In this document: positions 37,225 through 46,797 of the stretch, one piece after another
Layout of the letters: each line of letters opens with the position of its first letter
Numbering within the stretch: position 1 is the first letter of the stretch
Origin: a virus
Strand: one strand, 5' to 3'
IMG/VR virus record: IMGVR_UViG_3300035698_017294
Coordinates: 1-64,000 of that record
Length of the DNA stretch: 64,000 bases
The notes under the pieces: model-generated
Database searches by the model: none
What the model was told of the DNA's origin: nothing
Seen by the model: the letters and a program-made list of their open reading frames with translations, nothing else
Made by a program: the position numbers and the translations under genes

Positions 37225-37255
37225 AAAAGAAGTGGACACAATAGTGCCCACTCCT
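37225..37255 (-). terminator. intrinsic terminator closing the Ubl-JAB-E1-HTH unit
   Basis: GGAGTGGGCAC-tatt-GTGTCCACTTC-TTTT on the - strand. Confidence 0.65.
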
Positions 37256-37264
37256 CTAAATAGT

Positions 37265-37741
37265 CTATTTTTGCCGCATCAGTTGAGAAAGGTACCATGC
37301 CTTCAATGCGCGGTAGGTTGTTTTGTGGGGTATGGTTTTCCCCGCCCGCATGTTATGGATCGTAGTGCTTGTCACACCTAAGGTCAACGCAGCGGCTCTT
37401 TGGTTGTTGTTATGTGCTTCGATTAGCTTTACTACCATTTTTTCAGTTTCTGCTTTTGCCTTTGATGTTGAATGTGGAGGCCACTGAGTTCCTCCAGTCA
37501 GTGCGAAAATCCTAACTAAATCGTTCTCGTACTCCGGTACCAGTTTCATCATTTTGGCTATTTCGTACAGTTTAGCCATGTGCTTCTGTTGGGGGCGTGT
37601 GCCATTAATCCACCTGGCTATTTGTCGAGTATGTACGCCGACTTTGTTAGCAAGAATATCGGCCTCTATGCCCTGAATGATACCCTCTACTAACTCACTA
37701 ACGGTTACTGGATTGTTAACTGAATGGTCAAATGTTTGCAT
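37265..37741 (-). CDS. tandem XRE-type HTH protein
   Basis: LANKVGVHTRQIARWING.RP and NQRAAALTLGVTSTTIHNMRAGKT.P. Confidence 0.75.
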   Translation of the reverse strand: MQTFDHSVNNPVTVSELVEGIIQGIEADILANKVGVHTRQIARWINGTRPQQKHMAKLYEIAKMMKLVPEYENDLVRIFALTGGTQWPPHSTSKAKAETEKMVVKLIEAHNNNQRAAALTLGVTSTTIHNMRAGKTIPHKTTYRALKAWYLSQLMRQK

Positions 37742-37751
37742 CTAATGCTCC

Positions 37752-38363
37752 TTACTTAAAACTGTGTATGTACTTAATAGGATAGGCGTCTTCGCGAATC
37801 ATATGCAGGAATACCTGACTACCGATGGTAGCTATGATCTTATTGCCCTGCTGAATTATGTTCTGATCTAGCTCATACTTCATCTGGCAACTTGTGTCTT
37901 CGCGTCCGGTTTTTACCGTATCAAGTAAATCTTCAACTTTCGCCTTGGGATGAGATGTGAACAATGCTACGGTTGCACCTTCAGATCTCATATCAATGAA
38001 CTTAAACTTGGTTGTGTCCCACAGTTCAAACATATGCCTGCGGAAACTGGTCCCATCAACACAACTGATAACGAAATCGTATCCATCGTCCAAGTATTCT
38101 TGTAGGTCTGTTACCCGTCCGATTATTCCTTTATGAACCTGTAGGTCTTTTTTCCATCTTGTCTTAAGCGCCTTTACCTTGAATTCGCCAATATCGTCTT
38201 TGGTAAAATTCTGATACTTGATTACCTTTTCTGTAACCATATCATCATCTATCATCGTGAACAGGTAATTATTAGGTATCTGGTCGGCGATCATCAGTTC
38301 GTGCATTTCATACATGAAGCGGCTACCAATGCCGCCTACGCCAACTACTAAAACTTTTATCAT
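37752..38363 (-). CDS. E1/ThiF-family adenylyltransferase (ubiquitin-activating-like)
   Basis: VLVVGVGGIGS, IDDD.V...Q.F...DIG.FKV.AL, VISCVD, FIDMRSEG, candidate catalytic Cys in TSCQ. Confidence 0.88.
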   Translation of the reverse strand: MIKVLVVGVGGIGSRFMYEMHELMIADQIPNNYLFTMIDDDMVTEKVIKYQNFTKDDIGEFKVKALKTRWKKDLQVHKGIIGRVTDLQEYLDDGYDFVISCVDGTSFRRHMFELWDTTKFKFIDMRSEGATVALFTSHPKAKVEDLLDTVKTGREDTSCQMKYELDQNIIQQGNKIIATIGSQVFLHMIREDAYPIKYIHSFK

Positions 38364-38836
38364 TCGTGTATCTCCAACTTTACTGATGTATACCCATCAT
38401 TTTCATAATTCCACTTCCATCCGCGAAGTATTTTATCGCCACCGCCCCAGATTAGGTATGGCACGTTGTGTCCGTTACCTCTCCGGTATTCTCCAGAATC
38501 AATAACTGATGGTATGCCAACGCTATGGGGATGATTATGTACCGACACGGCTTGTGTTTTGCTTTTTAGATCCATGACAGATGTATTTTTCAATACATTC
38601 ATCATTTGCTGCGGATCCATGCGATAGTCAGCAACGTCTTGCTGATGTTCGGATAGTAGGTTTGTGACCCAATGGAAATTCTCTACATGAAGAATAACAT
38701 CCTGCTTTCCAAAATATACGCCGGTAAAAAATCCACAGAATTCACGCTTGTACGCCATATCTAATGTAAACAGATGCTTTAGTAGGTGGCGCGGTACATG
38801 AATTAATTCAACACTTAGTGTCTTATGCTTATTCAA
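38360..38836 (-). CDS. JAB/MPN+ (JAMM) metallo-isopeptidase
   Basis: REFCG (catalytic Glu) and HNHPHSVGIPSVID (HxH-x7-S-x2-D). TTG start after AGGAG. Confidence 0.88.
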   Translation of the reverse strand: MNKHKTLSVELIHVPRHLLKHLFTLDMAYKREFCGFFTGVYFGKQDVILHVENFHWVTNLLSEHQQDVADYRMDPQQMMNVLKNTSVMDLKSKTQAVSVHNHPHSVGIPSVIDSGEYRRGNGHNVPYLIWGGGDKILRGWKWNYENDGYTSVKLEIHE

Positions 38837-38864
38837 AACTTAAACTCCTGTGACTTAAATTTAT

Positions 38865-38891
38865 AAAGAAAGAGCGGGACTAGCCCGCTCT
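38865..38891 (-). terminator. intrinsic terminator/attenuator between the Ubl and JAB genes
   Basis: AGAGCGGG-ctagt-CCCGCTCT-TTCTTT. Confidence 0.7.
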
Positions 38892-38904
38892 CATTGTTGC
38901 CAAA

Positions 38905-39621
38905 TTAAATACGCAGTGCGTTGCGGAGATCAGCGTCATTTTGCTGAATAGTTCCTTCTAGTTGTTTCTTGATTGCACCAACGATATGATTTCTAGCGTT
39001 AAGGATGTCGTAGCGATTTTCATTATCAACCGTTACTTTTACCTTTTTATTTGCAGGATTCAATCCGACTAGCATATGGGCGTGGGGCTTAATTGACCCA
39101 GCGAACTTAGCTTCCATACGGCGCTTATCTACGCACGCAGCTACCAAGCTCATCTTACCTGTATTTAGGTCAGACATCACTTCGTTATACTCATCCTGGG
39201 TTAGCTGTACAAGTCCTGCTTCAATATACTTATACAATTCATTACGCCAAGCGAAGATCTCTGGAAGGCGATCTTTGTTAAGCTGAACTTCAATAACGTC
39301 AGGCTCGGTTTTAAAAGTGATAGCCACACAGGTGTCACCAATGTAGGGGAAGTTCTCATCTACATTAAGCACAATTGCATAGTTCTCAGCTCCACCAACT
39401 AAGGCTGCCGACAAAACAATGTTCTCTTCACCAATCAGGTCATCAGTGGTAATAGTGTTAACGTCCTGCATGCGGCCGTCAACAAACAACCATTTATCTT
39501 CGTCTTTTGCGATCTCTTGAATCTTTTTAACAGCCTCATTTGGAATCAGGCTATAAGGTGTATCACCCTCAGTACTCATCACTGCGAAATCTATCTTTTG
39601 GATATTATCTTCCATCTTCAT
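38905..39621 (-). CDS. ubiquitin-like (beta-grasp) domain ending in Gly-Gly at aa 76-77, fused to a duplicated C-terminal domain
   Basis: IDFAVMS-GDTPYSL-helix-WLFVDGR-...-IVLSAALVGG gives the beta-grasp order. Adjacent to JAB and E1. Confidence 0.7.
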   Translation of the reverse strand: MKMEDNIQKIDFAVMSTEGDTPYSLIPNEAVKKIQEIAKDEDKWLFVDGRMQDVNTITTDDLIGEENIVLSAALVGGAENYAIVLNVDENFPYIGDTCVAITFKTEPDVIEVQLNKDRLPEIFAWRNELYKYIEAGLVQLTQDEYNEVMSDLNTGKMSLVAACVDKRRMEAKFAGSIKPHAHMLVGLNPANKKVKVTVDNENRYDILNARNHIVGAIKKQLEGTIQQNDADLRNALRI

Positions 39622-39633
39622 TCCTTATGTATT

Positions 39634-41829
39634 CTAAAGTGTAGTTATTTTGTCTGCAACCATTGAATCGTTTGCTACGGCCAGCATTCTAGCAACCAGC
39701 ATATCTCTACCGGCGACTCTGTGGCCTTTACCAACGATGCAAAGGTAACTGAAATTCTCATCATAAACCTGATGATCATTTCCTACTTCAACGTAGTATG
39801 TTTGTTTTTTTCCCTCTACCTTGTAGGCCTGCATGGTGCCGTATTGATTACGTGTCGGTATGTCTACCAGCTCGGCATTGAGGGATTTTACAGTTTTTGC
39901 CAGCAGGACCTCCGACTTGCGGATCACTTCGTTATATTCCGCTAATCCGGCTTTAAGAAGGTTAGTAACTGCTGACTGCGGTATGGTGATCAGCGCTGGG
40001 TCACCAAACAATGCAAACATATCCTCTAGGGATCTGCATCTTGTTATTTTTGTTTTGAATTGCTTTATATTTCTAACGTGATGCAAAGTCTTATTTTCAT
40101 CATTACCCTTTAGATAATTTTTACCGCGCTTCCTGGTAAGATGAAATACATAGTGCACTGGAATGTTTAAGAAGTTGTCACGATAGGATGCACCGAGTCC
40201 CGTGGCTATGGTGTCATGCAGCTCCATTGAGCAATTGGTAATTGACTTTAGGAACGCATCATACTCTTCATCTGTGTTGTAACACAAAGCTGTAGCAATA
40301 ATTTGCGAAGCCTCTCCCAGGTTTACGCGTACACCATTTATAGTTAGCTTGCTCTGCCGTGTTCCAACAGCTGTCAGCTTAGTAGTACGTAACCCATTCA
40401 CGTTAACTGTTCCAATTTTTGCTTTGAATGACGCCCCTTCGGTACCGGCTCGTATCCCCTGCTCAAGATTTGCACAAAACGCTGTCACAATGTCATCGAA
40501 CTGTACGTTTGCTATACCGCTGTTCCATGTGTATTGTTCTTTATCTCGCAGATATACGCCAATAGCTGATTTGTAGCGGTCATCTAGTACATCATTTATC
40601 TTGTATTCTATGAGTTCAATTCGCTGCGTATCATAGGTTACAGTACCATTTTCGTAGGTTACACCATTGAATTTCAATATCTCGTCTTTTGCAAGTTTGG
40701 ATTGTAGGGCTTTTCGCAGACCTTCCTTGAGCTCTTTTTCGTCATCCGCTTTTCGCATAGCAACTAGCATAGGCAATGAAGTCTCATAGAATTTATCTAT
40801 ATCAAGAGCCAATGAATTTTTCTCACCTACTTCATCTTTGTATGACCGCCAAGCATCGACCCACTCAACCTCCTCCAAAATATTGTTAAGCACTTCGGCT
40901 GAAAACGTGCTACCGTCAATAAAACAAGTAGGAGCGGCCTCGCGGGGGTCTTTAAATAAAAGCATTCCTGCGTCACAATATGGGTATATTTCACTGTCGT
41001 CCGAAACGGTCATTGATTTAGCCAGCATATGTTCATTAACATCAGCAGCATTATCAACGTCTTCTGCATTTTGAAGGTATTGGTTTTCGGCAGACCGGTA
41101 TACTACTGTTCTAACACCATCTTTTTCAGCTACCATTGTGATTTTACATATGCACCACCTATAGGGCAGTTTGTGTATAAGAGATGTCATGTCCTTATGC
41201 TCTTGCAGAGTGGTAAACGCTTCGGTGATTTTATACCCATCTTCTCTGAATTGCTCTACTGCCGCTGGAGTGTCTAGGCGGATTTTTCTGTTCTTATTAG
41301 CCACCTCATAAAGGCTATCAAAATCTGCACAATGCATTTCGATATCTTCAGCTAGAAAATTGATTTTGGAAAAATAGCTCAGCTTTCCAAGCTGTTCTAG
41401 CTTAGGCAGCTCATCTGATCTCCACGAGCAGAGTTTATTACCAGATCCGTATCTGGACACTGATGGCATGGTGAATCTAATAAGATACTTAGATGCTATT
41501 GCACCGTGATCAGCCAGTTCGGATCGTGCGTGTGACTCTAGAATCACTCTAAGTAGTGGGAGTGGGTCGCGGGTGGTATTAAATGTGGCTTCGCACCTTA
41601 GCCACCGTGCTGGAGCGGCATGAATACTACGATCGAAATGTACTGAAAACGGAAAAAAATGACCTACGTTAGGTTTTAAATCCCCTTCAACCCATTCGTC
41701 TATTTCTTTTGATAATTCATCAACTTTAGTAAAGAATTCATCAACTGCGCCTTCTTCGCTGAAGTTGTATATGGCCGCCATGCCCTCTATTTGCTCTCTA
41801 GATCTTCCTTCATACTTAATTTTAGTCAT
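39634..41829 (-). CDS. large hypothetical protein co-oriented with the Ubl module
   Basis: 731 aa, ending 12 nt upstream of the Ubl gene. C-terminal VEGK..TY.V...YLCIV...D...MLA..ND domain. Confidence 0.55.
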   Translation of the reverse strand: MTKIKYEGRSREQIEGMAAIYNFSEEGAVDEFFTKVDELSKEIDEWVEGDLKPNVGHFFPFSVHFDRSIHAAPARWLRCEATFNTTRDPLPLLRVILESHARSELADHGAIASKYLIRFTMPSVSRYGSGNKLCSWRSDELPKLEQLGKLSYFSKINFLAEDIEMHCADFDSLYEVANKNRKIRLDTPAAVEQFREDGYKITEAFTTLQEHKDMTSLIHKLPYRWCICKITMVAEKDGVRTVVYRSAENQYLQNAEDVDNAADVNEHMLAKSMTVSDDSEIYPYCDAGMLLFKDPREAAPTCFIDGSTFSAEVLNNILEEVEWVDAWRSYKDEVGEKNSLALDIDKFYETSLPMLVAMRKADDEKELKEGLRKALQSKLAKDEILKFNGVTYENGTVTYDTQRIELIEYKINDVLDDRYKSAIGVYLRDKEQYTWNSGIANVQFDDIVTAFCANLEQGIRAGTEGASFKAKIGTVNVNGLRTTKLTAVGTRQSKLTINGVRVNLGEASQIIATALCYNTDEEYDAFLKSITNCSMELHDTIATGLGASYRDNFLNIPVHYVFHLTRKRGKNYLKGNDENKTLHHVRNIKQFKTKITRCRSLEDMFALFGDPALITIPQSAVTNLLKAGLAEYNEVIRKSEVLLAKTVKSLNAELVDIPTRNQYGTMQAYKVEGKKQTYYVEVGNDHQVYDENFSYLCIVGKGHRVAGRDMLVARMLAVANDSMVADKITTL

Positions 41830-41848
41830 TTATTTTTAATTTCCTTAC

Positions 41849-42238
41849 TTACTCTTCGTCTTTGAATTTCTCGTGCTCACAAGCTATGATAGCCTTGTAC
41901 CCATTTTCCTTGGGCCATGTGGACATTTCTTTTCCAATTAATTCCGCGGGCGTGACTACACCCAGATACTTCATTACTTGTACAAGCACGCTTCTCGCGT
42001 CTAGTTTGCCTGCTGGATCGGTTGATATCCACATCCCTTTGTGTGTAGGATCGCCTGCCCTATCGAGGATCCAAGCTTCATCAATTTGGTAATCGATTCC
42101 GTTTGGGTCACTGCATATAAGGACAGCTTTGGTAGCGACCTTATCAGGTGCCGTGTTAACTTCTCTCGATTCTACGTTCGTTATTTTCAAGTCTTTTCGT
42201 GAAGATCCTATCTTCATATTCAGGATGTTGGTTTCCAT
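41849..42238 (-). CDS. hypothetical protein (possible OB-fold)
   Basis: Beta-rich 129 aa. Confidence 0.4.
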   Translation of the reverse strand: METNILNMKIGSSRKDLKITNVESREVNTAPDKVATKAVLICSDPNGIDYQIDEAWILDRAGDPTHKGMWISTDPAGKLDARSVLVQVMKYLGVVTPAELIGKEMSTWPKENGYKAIIACEHEKFKDEE

Positions 42239-42241
42239 GTA

Positions 42242-42703
42242 TTACTTTTCCTCTGCGCTGTCTGAGCTTCCAAAACCTTTTTCGCCGCGCTCTGTATCAT
42301 CAAGATTGTCTGCCCACTCGAAAGTAGCATCTATTCTATGATGTAAAACAAATTGAGCTATTTTGTCGCCCAGCTCTATATTTATTGGCTCTGGACCGTG
42401 ATTGGCCAGTACCACTTTAACTTCTCCTCGATAACCAGGATCAACGACGCCACCTTTGATAAAAACACTTTCCCTGGATGCAAACCCACTACGTTCGTCG
42501 ATTTTGATGTAGTAGTCTTCTGGAATGGCTACTGCTATACCTAGTGGCAGCACAGCTTTGGACCAGCCTGTAATACGCGTATACCCTACTGCTATTACAT
42601 CGAAGCCTACGTCGGTCCGGTTTATCTTAACTGGCAGCTTGGCATTTTTATGTAATTTCTTAATCTTGATCGTTAAGTTTTCGAATTTCTGAGATTGACC
42701 CAC
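42242..42703 (-). CDS. dut: trimeric dUTPase
   Basis: GFD, ERSG, GVVDPGYRGE, IAQ, RGEKGFGSS. Confidence 0.92.
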   Translation of the reverse strand: MGQSQKFENLTIKIKKLHKNAKLPVKINRTDVGFDVIAVGYTRITGWSKAVLPLGIAVAIPEDYYIKIDERSGFASRESVFIKGGVVDPGYRGEVKVVLANHGPEPINIELGDKIAQFVLHHRIDATFEWADNLDDTERGEKGFGSSDSAEEK

Positions 42704-42957
42704 TATATTTTTCCATTTCCTTTTGCGTTAGTAATTTTCCTACTGTCATTATACTCGATTCCCTTATTCGCATCTCGCCTGGCACTGGCACGGCCCGCTC
42801 AAGAAATGGGGATGCGAGTTCCATCTTTTTTTTAGGTAAAGGTAGAAGAATGATTGTTTCGCCGTTGGGCGTAGAATCACCCATTAGTCCTATATAACTT
42901 ATACCACAGTTTAAGTGAATTAGTACGGGCGTGTCCTTTTCGAACATTGTCATCATG
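42660..42957 (-). CDS. small hypothetical protein (possible Sm-like fold)
   Basis: VLIHLNCG.SY.G...IIL...MRIRESSI pattern. Start uncertain. Confidence 0.35.
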
Positions 42958-43429
42958 TTAACAACTCCATGTAATCTGTGAGTGGAACCAGCCACTCGTC
43001 TTTGAATTCATCTGTCGGAATACTCTTACGCCCATCATCGTCGTATGCACTATTCCAGAACTTGCATATGAGCTCCATAGGGACCTTGTGAGCGTGCGTT
43101 TCGTTTAAACTGTAAAAGTGTACCAAGAAGAATGCCGCGCCTCCTAGGGCGTCCCATAGGCGCAGAAATTCAACCTGATGCTGCTTAAGAAGAGCGAGAG
43201 GCAAAGAAGTTTTGTTCTGGGTCTCTTTAGCATCAAATGCTATCCCTTTACCGCCCTTCAACACGCCGATAAAATCGACTGTACTTAGCTGCGGAATTAG
43301 ACCCTGACTGGTTGGAACAATGGGCGTCTCAATCTTTTGTATGTTGGCAAGCTTCTTTTTACGGTAAGTTCGGTTACATCTTTGAACTGCTTTTTCCAGT
43401 GCCTTGCCGCGTGGTATCTTTTTAGTCAT
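42953..43429 (-). CDS. recU: RecU Holliday junction resolvase
   Basis: RG..LE, STVDFIG, AFDAKET, HQ.EFL, GGAAFFLV.F. Confidence 0.88.
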   Translation of the reverse strand: MTKKIPRGKALEKAVQRCNRTYRKKKLANIQKIETPIVPTSQGLIPQLSTVDFIGVLKGGKGIAFDAKETQNKTSLPLALLKQHQVEFLRLWDALGGAAFFLVHFYSLNETHAHKVPMELICKFWNSAYDDDGRKSIPTDEFKDEWLVPLTDYMELLT

Positions 43430-43430
43430 T

Positions 43431-44051
43431 TTATCTTCTACCTATAATTCTAAGATACGGACATAGCCCGTCCTTGTGTGTATTCCTAGTTAGCTCTATC
43501 ACTTCAAGACCCAGTTTGTCGAAAATTGCTCGAAGCTTTCCCCCTGTGTATGCATTTCTGTGGAACTGTCCTTTACCATTCTGGTGTCCGAATAGAGTAG
43601 CAGTTAGGTAACCCCACCTACTGGTGAAGTCCTTTTTGTATTGCCCGAACCAATGCGCGTCATCACGAAATCCCACTTCATAAAAGTCTTGGAAATTCTC
43701 GTCAGCTTCTAACCATATCTTAATCTGTGCCTCGAAATCCGGAACAAAAATATTGACCGTACCACCCGGTGCTAGCAGTCTGCGGATTTCTAGGAATAAT
43801 TTCTTTTCTTCATCAAAAGATAAATGCTCTGCGACGGATTCGCACAATATTTCTGATGCGCAGGCATCTTTAAACGGTAGAGCAAATATGTCGTAATTGA
43901 AAACTGGGATTGATGGGTAAGATGTAGGATCCAATCCGTTCTGGGGAAGAATATCACTCTTCGAATCCATATCAATATTAATCCAATCGTCACCCAGTAT
44001 GTTTTTGCCACAACCTAAATGTAATTTCATCATGTTTTTAGCCGTTATCAC
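43431..44051 (-). CDS. class I SAM-dependent methyltransferase
   Basis: LHLGCG...WINID...LPF.D...EHL...RLLAPGG...VPD. Confidence 0.85.
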   Translation of the reverse strand: MITAKNMMKLHLGCGKNILGDDWINIDMDSKSDILPQNGLDPTSYPSIPVFNYDIFALPFKDACASEILCESVAEHLSFDEEKKLFLEIRRLLAPGGTVNIFVPDFEAQIKIWLEADENFQDFYEVGFRDDAHWFGQYKKDFTSRWGYLTATLFGHQNGKGQFHRNAYTGGKLRAIFDKLGLEVIELTRNTHKDGLCPYLRIIGRR

Positions 44052-44691
44052 CCTTTACAAACATTTTGTAATTTCTTTCCATCATTTGTCCATAACTAAC
44101 TTCGTGCTTTTCAATATCACTTATACCTGTTGCTTGGATTGCGGCAATTGGGTACATAGCGTATACATCAAATTTACGGGCTTGTGTGACATACCAATCG
44201 GTATATCGATCGATGGGCTGTTTAAAATTTTTTAAACCTTTAATCAAAAAATCGTACAGGGTAGACTTTATAGCATAAGCATGTAGTGCTTTTGCTGCTC
44301 TTGGAATTATTAAATTTGGGCTTGCCAAATTAGAATAATCGATAAGGTTACAACCGAAATATAGCATGTCCCAATCTTCTGGTAATTGTTCCATTGCTTT
44401 TGGTATTGTATCTTCCCACTCATTTGCTAGTTCGAAATCATCTTCGAATATTAAAACATTTTCGTAATTGTTTTCTTTTGCGTACTCATATATTTTACAG
44501 TGACTGTCCTTACAACCAACGGTTGGCTGTGTAGGATTGTCAATGCCTTCGAACTTTATTACTCTGTCTGCGATTCCCAATTTTTCAAATTCTTTACTTA
44601 CAGCTTCCCATCGTTCGGTCCGCCGCTTTAAGTTAATGCAAAAAATTTGACCAAATAGGTCTAATGCGTTTTTCATAATATTTTTATCCAA
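44038..44691 (-). CDS. glycosyltransferase family 25
   Basis: CINLKRRTERW, GC..SH, LIFEDD, WDMLYFG, HAY. Confidence 0.85.
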   Translation of the reverse strand: MDKNIMKNALDLFGQIFCINLKRRTERWEAVSKEFEKLGIADRVIKFEGIDNPTQPTVGCKDSHCKIYEYAKENNYENVLIFEDDFELANEWEDTIPKAMEQLPEDWDMLYFGCNLIDYSNLASPNLIIPRAAKALHAYAIKSTLYDFLIKGLKNFKQPIDRYTDWYVTQARKFDVYAMYPIAAIQATGISDIEKHEVSYGQMMERNYKMFVKGDNG

Positions 44692-45644
44692 TACTGAATC
44701 ATTTCGTCTAACATTGTCTCAAAGGTATAGACAGGCTTCCAACCTAATGTCGTTTTGGCCTTGCGCGAATCGCCCTTTAGTCGAGCAAGTTCTTCAGGGC
44801 GCAGGTACTTACTGTCGGTTTTTACATAGGTGCGATAGTCTAGCCCAAGCTTATCGAATACGTATTTGCATAGGTCTTGTACCGTGTGTGATACACCTGT
44901 AGCGCATACGAAGTCATTGGGCTGTTCTTGCTGAAGCATCATCCACATTGCTTTTACATAGTCTGAGGCGTGTCCCCAATCTCGAGCAGCGTCTAAATTT
45001 CCCAATGTGAGATGATCTAGGTGCCCCAGTTTGATTTCAACGGCACCTTTTACTACTTTGTTAGTAACAAAGTTTATTCCCCTTCTTGGAGATTCGTGAT
45101 TGAATAGTATACCATTGGATATGAACATGCCGTAAGCATTACGATAGTTTTTAGTTAAATGATAAGCATATAACTTAGCACAGCCATAAGGACTCACAGG
45201 TGACATTGGAGTAGTTTCTCGTTGGAATCCATCTGAGTCTATATTGTTCCCGAACATTTCTGAGGAACTAGCTTGATATATTTTTGCATGACGTACAGCA
45301 TGTCTAGAGGTTTCCAACAAGTTTAACGTACCAATAGCATTTACCTGGGAGGTGTAAATTGGCTCATCAAAACTTATTCGTACGTGTGATTGGGCACCAA
45401 GATTGTAAACTTCATCTGGCGAGTATTTACTAAATATACGCTCCAATGAAGAAGTGTCAAGCAGGTCCCCATACTCAAGGGTTATCTGATTCTGTAGGTG
45501 GTCAATCCGGATTGATTGGCTTTCCGGAACGCTGTTTCGGCGTATCATTCCGACTACTCGATATCCTTTAGATATAAGAAACTCGGCTAAGTATGAGCCA
45601 TCTTGACCGTTAATACCTGTTATTAGCGCAGTTTTTTTATCCAT
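44673..45644 (-). CDS. gmd: GDP-mannose 4,6-dehydratase
   Basis: ITGINGQDGSYLAE, AQSHV, YQASSSE, SPYGCAK, LFNHESPRRG, RDWGHA. Confidence 0.95.
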   Translation of the reverse strand: MDKKTALITGINGQDGSYLAEFLISKGYRVVGMIRRNSVPESQSIRIDHLQNQITLEYGDLLDTSSLERIFSKYSPDEVYNLGAQSHVRISFDEPIYTSQVNAIGTLNLLETSRHAVRHAKIYQASSSEMFGNNIDSDGFQRETTPMSPVSPYGCAKLYAYHLTKNYRNAYGMFISNGILFNHESPRRGINFVTNKVVKGAVEIKLGHLDHLTLGNLDAARDWGHASDYVKAMWMMLQQEQPNDFVCATGVSHTVQDLCKYVFDKLGLDYRTYVKTDSKYLRPEELARLKGDSRKAKTTLGWKPVYTFETMLDEMIQYWIKIL

Positions 45645-46797
45645 TTATCACCTTATTAATAACTGAGCAGACTGTCCTAATGTTAGCTTCTGACATGCCT
45701 GGATGATTTGGTATGTAAAGTCCTTTATTGTGAACCAAGTCATTGGCTACAGGACATGTATCACGTGAACTATAGGCTCGTTGATATGCTGGCTGCATTT
45801 CCATACTTCCGCATATAAGTGGCCTTGTTTCTATATCATTTTCGATTAGAGCTTTAGCGATTTCATCCCGCTTCGGATGTATTACAGGATAAGCAAAACT
45901 GGAGACGGTTCCACATGGAACCCTTGGTTTCCAGAAATCATTCATCAAAGTTTCCTGATACAGTTCGAAACCATTATGCCTTGCTCTTACAATTCTATCT
46001 AGCTTATCAAGTTGTCGAAGACCTATACGTGCTTGTAAATCAGTAGATCTTAAATTCATGCCAGAGAAATAGAATGTAAAGGATTGGTGGAAATCAGAGA
46101 TACCATGACTGTTCTGAAGCGTATCACTAGTTTTTTCCGACAGATCTCTTGCCCACCCATGGCTTCTGATACTTAGCATAACTTCATACAACTCTTTATC
46201 ATTGGTGCAAACCATTCCACCTTCAATAGTGGAAATGTGGTGACCGAAATATGTAGAGAAGCTGGACATCTTTCCATATGATCCTAGTTTAGTGCCGTAG
46301 TAAGTTGAGCCTAGGGACTCGCATGCATCTTCGAGTAGGATCATATGACGATCCTCACAAATCCTTTTTATTGCTTCCATCTGCGGTTGCATGCCTAATA
46401 CCGATACTAGTAAAAGTGCTTTAACTTTTGGGTCTGCGGTTAATTCGCCAAAGTGTTTAAAATCTACCGATAATGTCTCTTTGTTGCAATCACAAAGTAC
46501 CGGAACTAACCCAAGTTGCATTACGGGAAACAGGTCTGTTGCCCACGATACTGCGGGTACAATAACCTTGTCGCCTTTGACAAGTTGGCCTAATTCGAGA
46601 AGAGCTTGTATCATTATCAGATTGGCAGAGGATCCAGAGTTTACAAACACTGCATGTTCGCGTCCTATATACTGTGCCCATTTCTTTTCGAATTCTTTTG
46701 TAACTGGGCCCTGAGTTAGTCTGGGGTAGGTTTTTAACCATCGAACGAGATCATCTAAATCTAGTCCATCTATAGTATCATTTATTAGTTTTATCAT
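45637..46797 (-). CDS. PLP-dependent GDP-4-keto-6-deoxymannose 3-dehydratase (ColD-like)
   Basis: DegT family, but FSTYFGHHISTIEGG has His in place of the Schiff-base Lys (ColD signature). Also VNSGSSANL and RSHGW. Confidence 0.8.
   Translation of the reverse strand: MIKLINDTIDGLDLDDLVRWLKTYPRLTQGPVTKEFEKKWAQYIGREHAVFVNSGSSANLIMIQALLELGQLVKGDKVIVPAVSWATDLFPVMQLGLVPVLCDCNKETLSVDFKHFGELTADPKVKALLLVSVLGMQPQMEAIKRICEDRHMILLEDACESLGSTYYGTKLGSYGKMSSFSTYFGHHISTIEGGMVCTNDKELYEVMLSIRSHGWARDLSEKTSDTLQNSHGISDFHQSFTFYFSGMNLRSTDLQARIGLRQLDKLDRIVRARHNGFELYQETLMNDFWKPRVPCGTVSSFAYPVIHPKRDEIAKALIENDIETRPLICGSMEMQPAYQRAYSSRDTCPVANDLVHNKGLYIPNHPGMSEANIRTVCSVINKVING

Noticed and set aside
38360-39621. JAB and Ubl as lambda gpK/gpI-type tail assembly proteins
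   Set aside because: They lie on the non-structural arm next to an E1, the JAB has no NlpC/P60 fusion, and no tail tip genes are adjacent.
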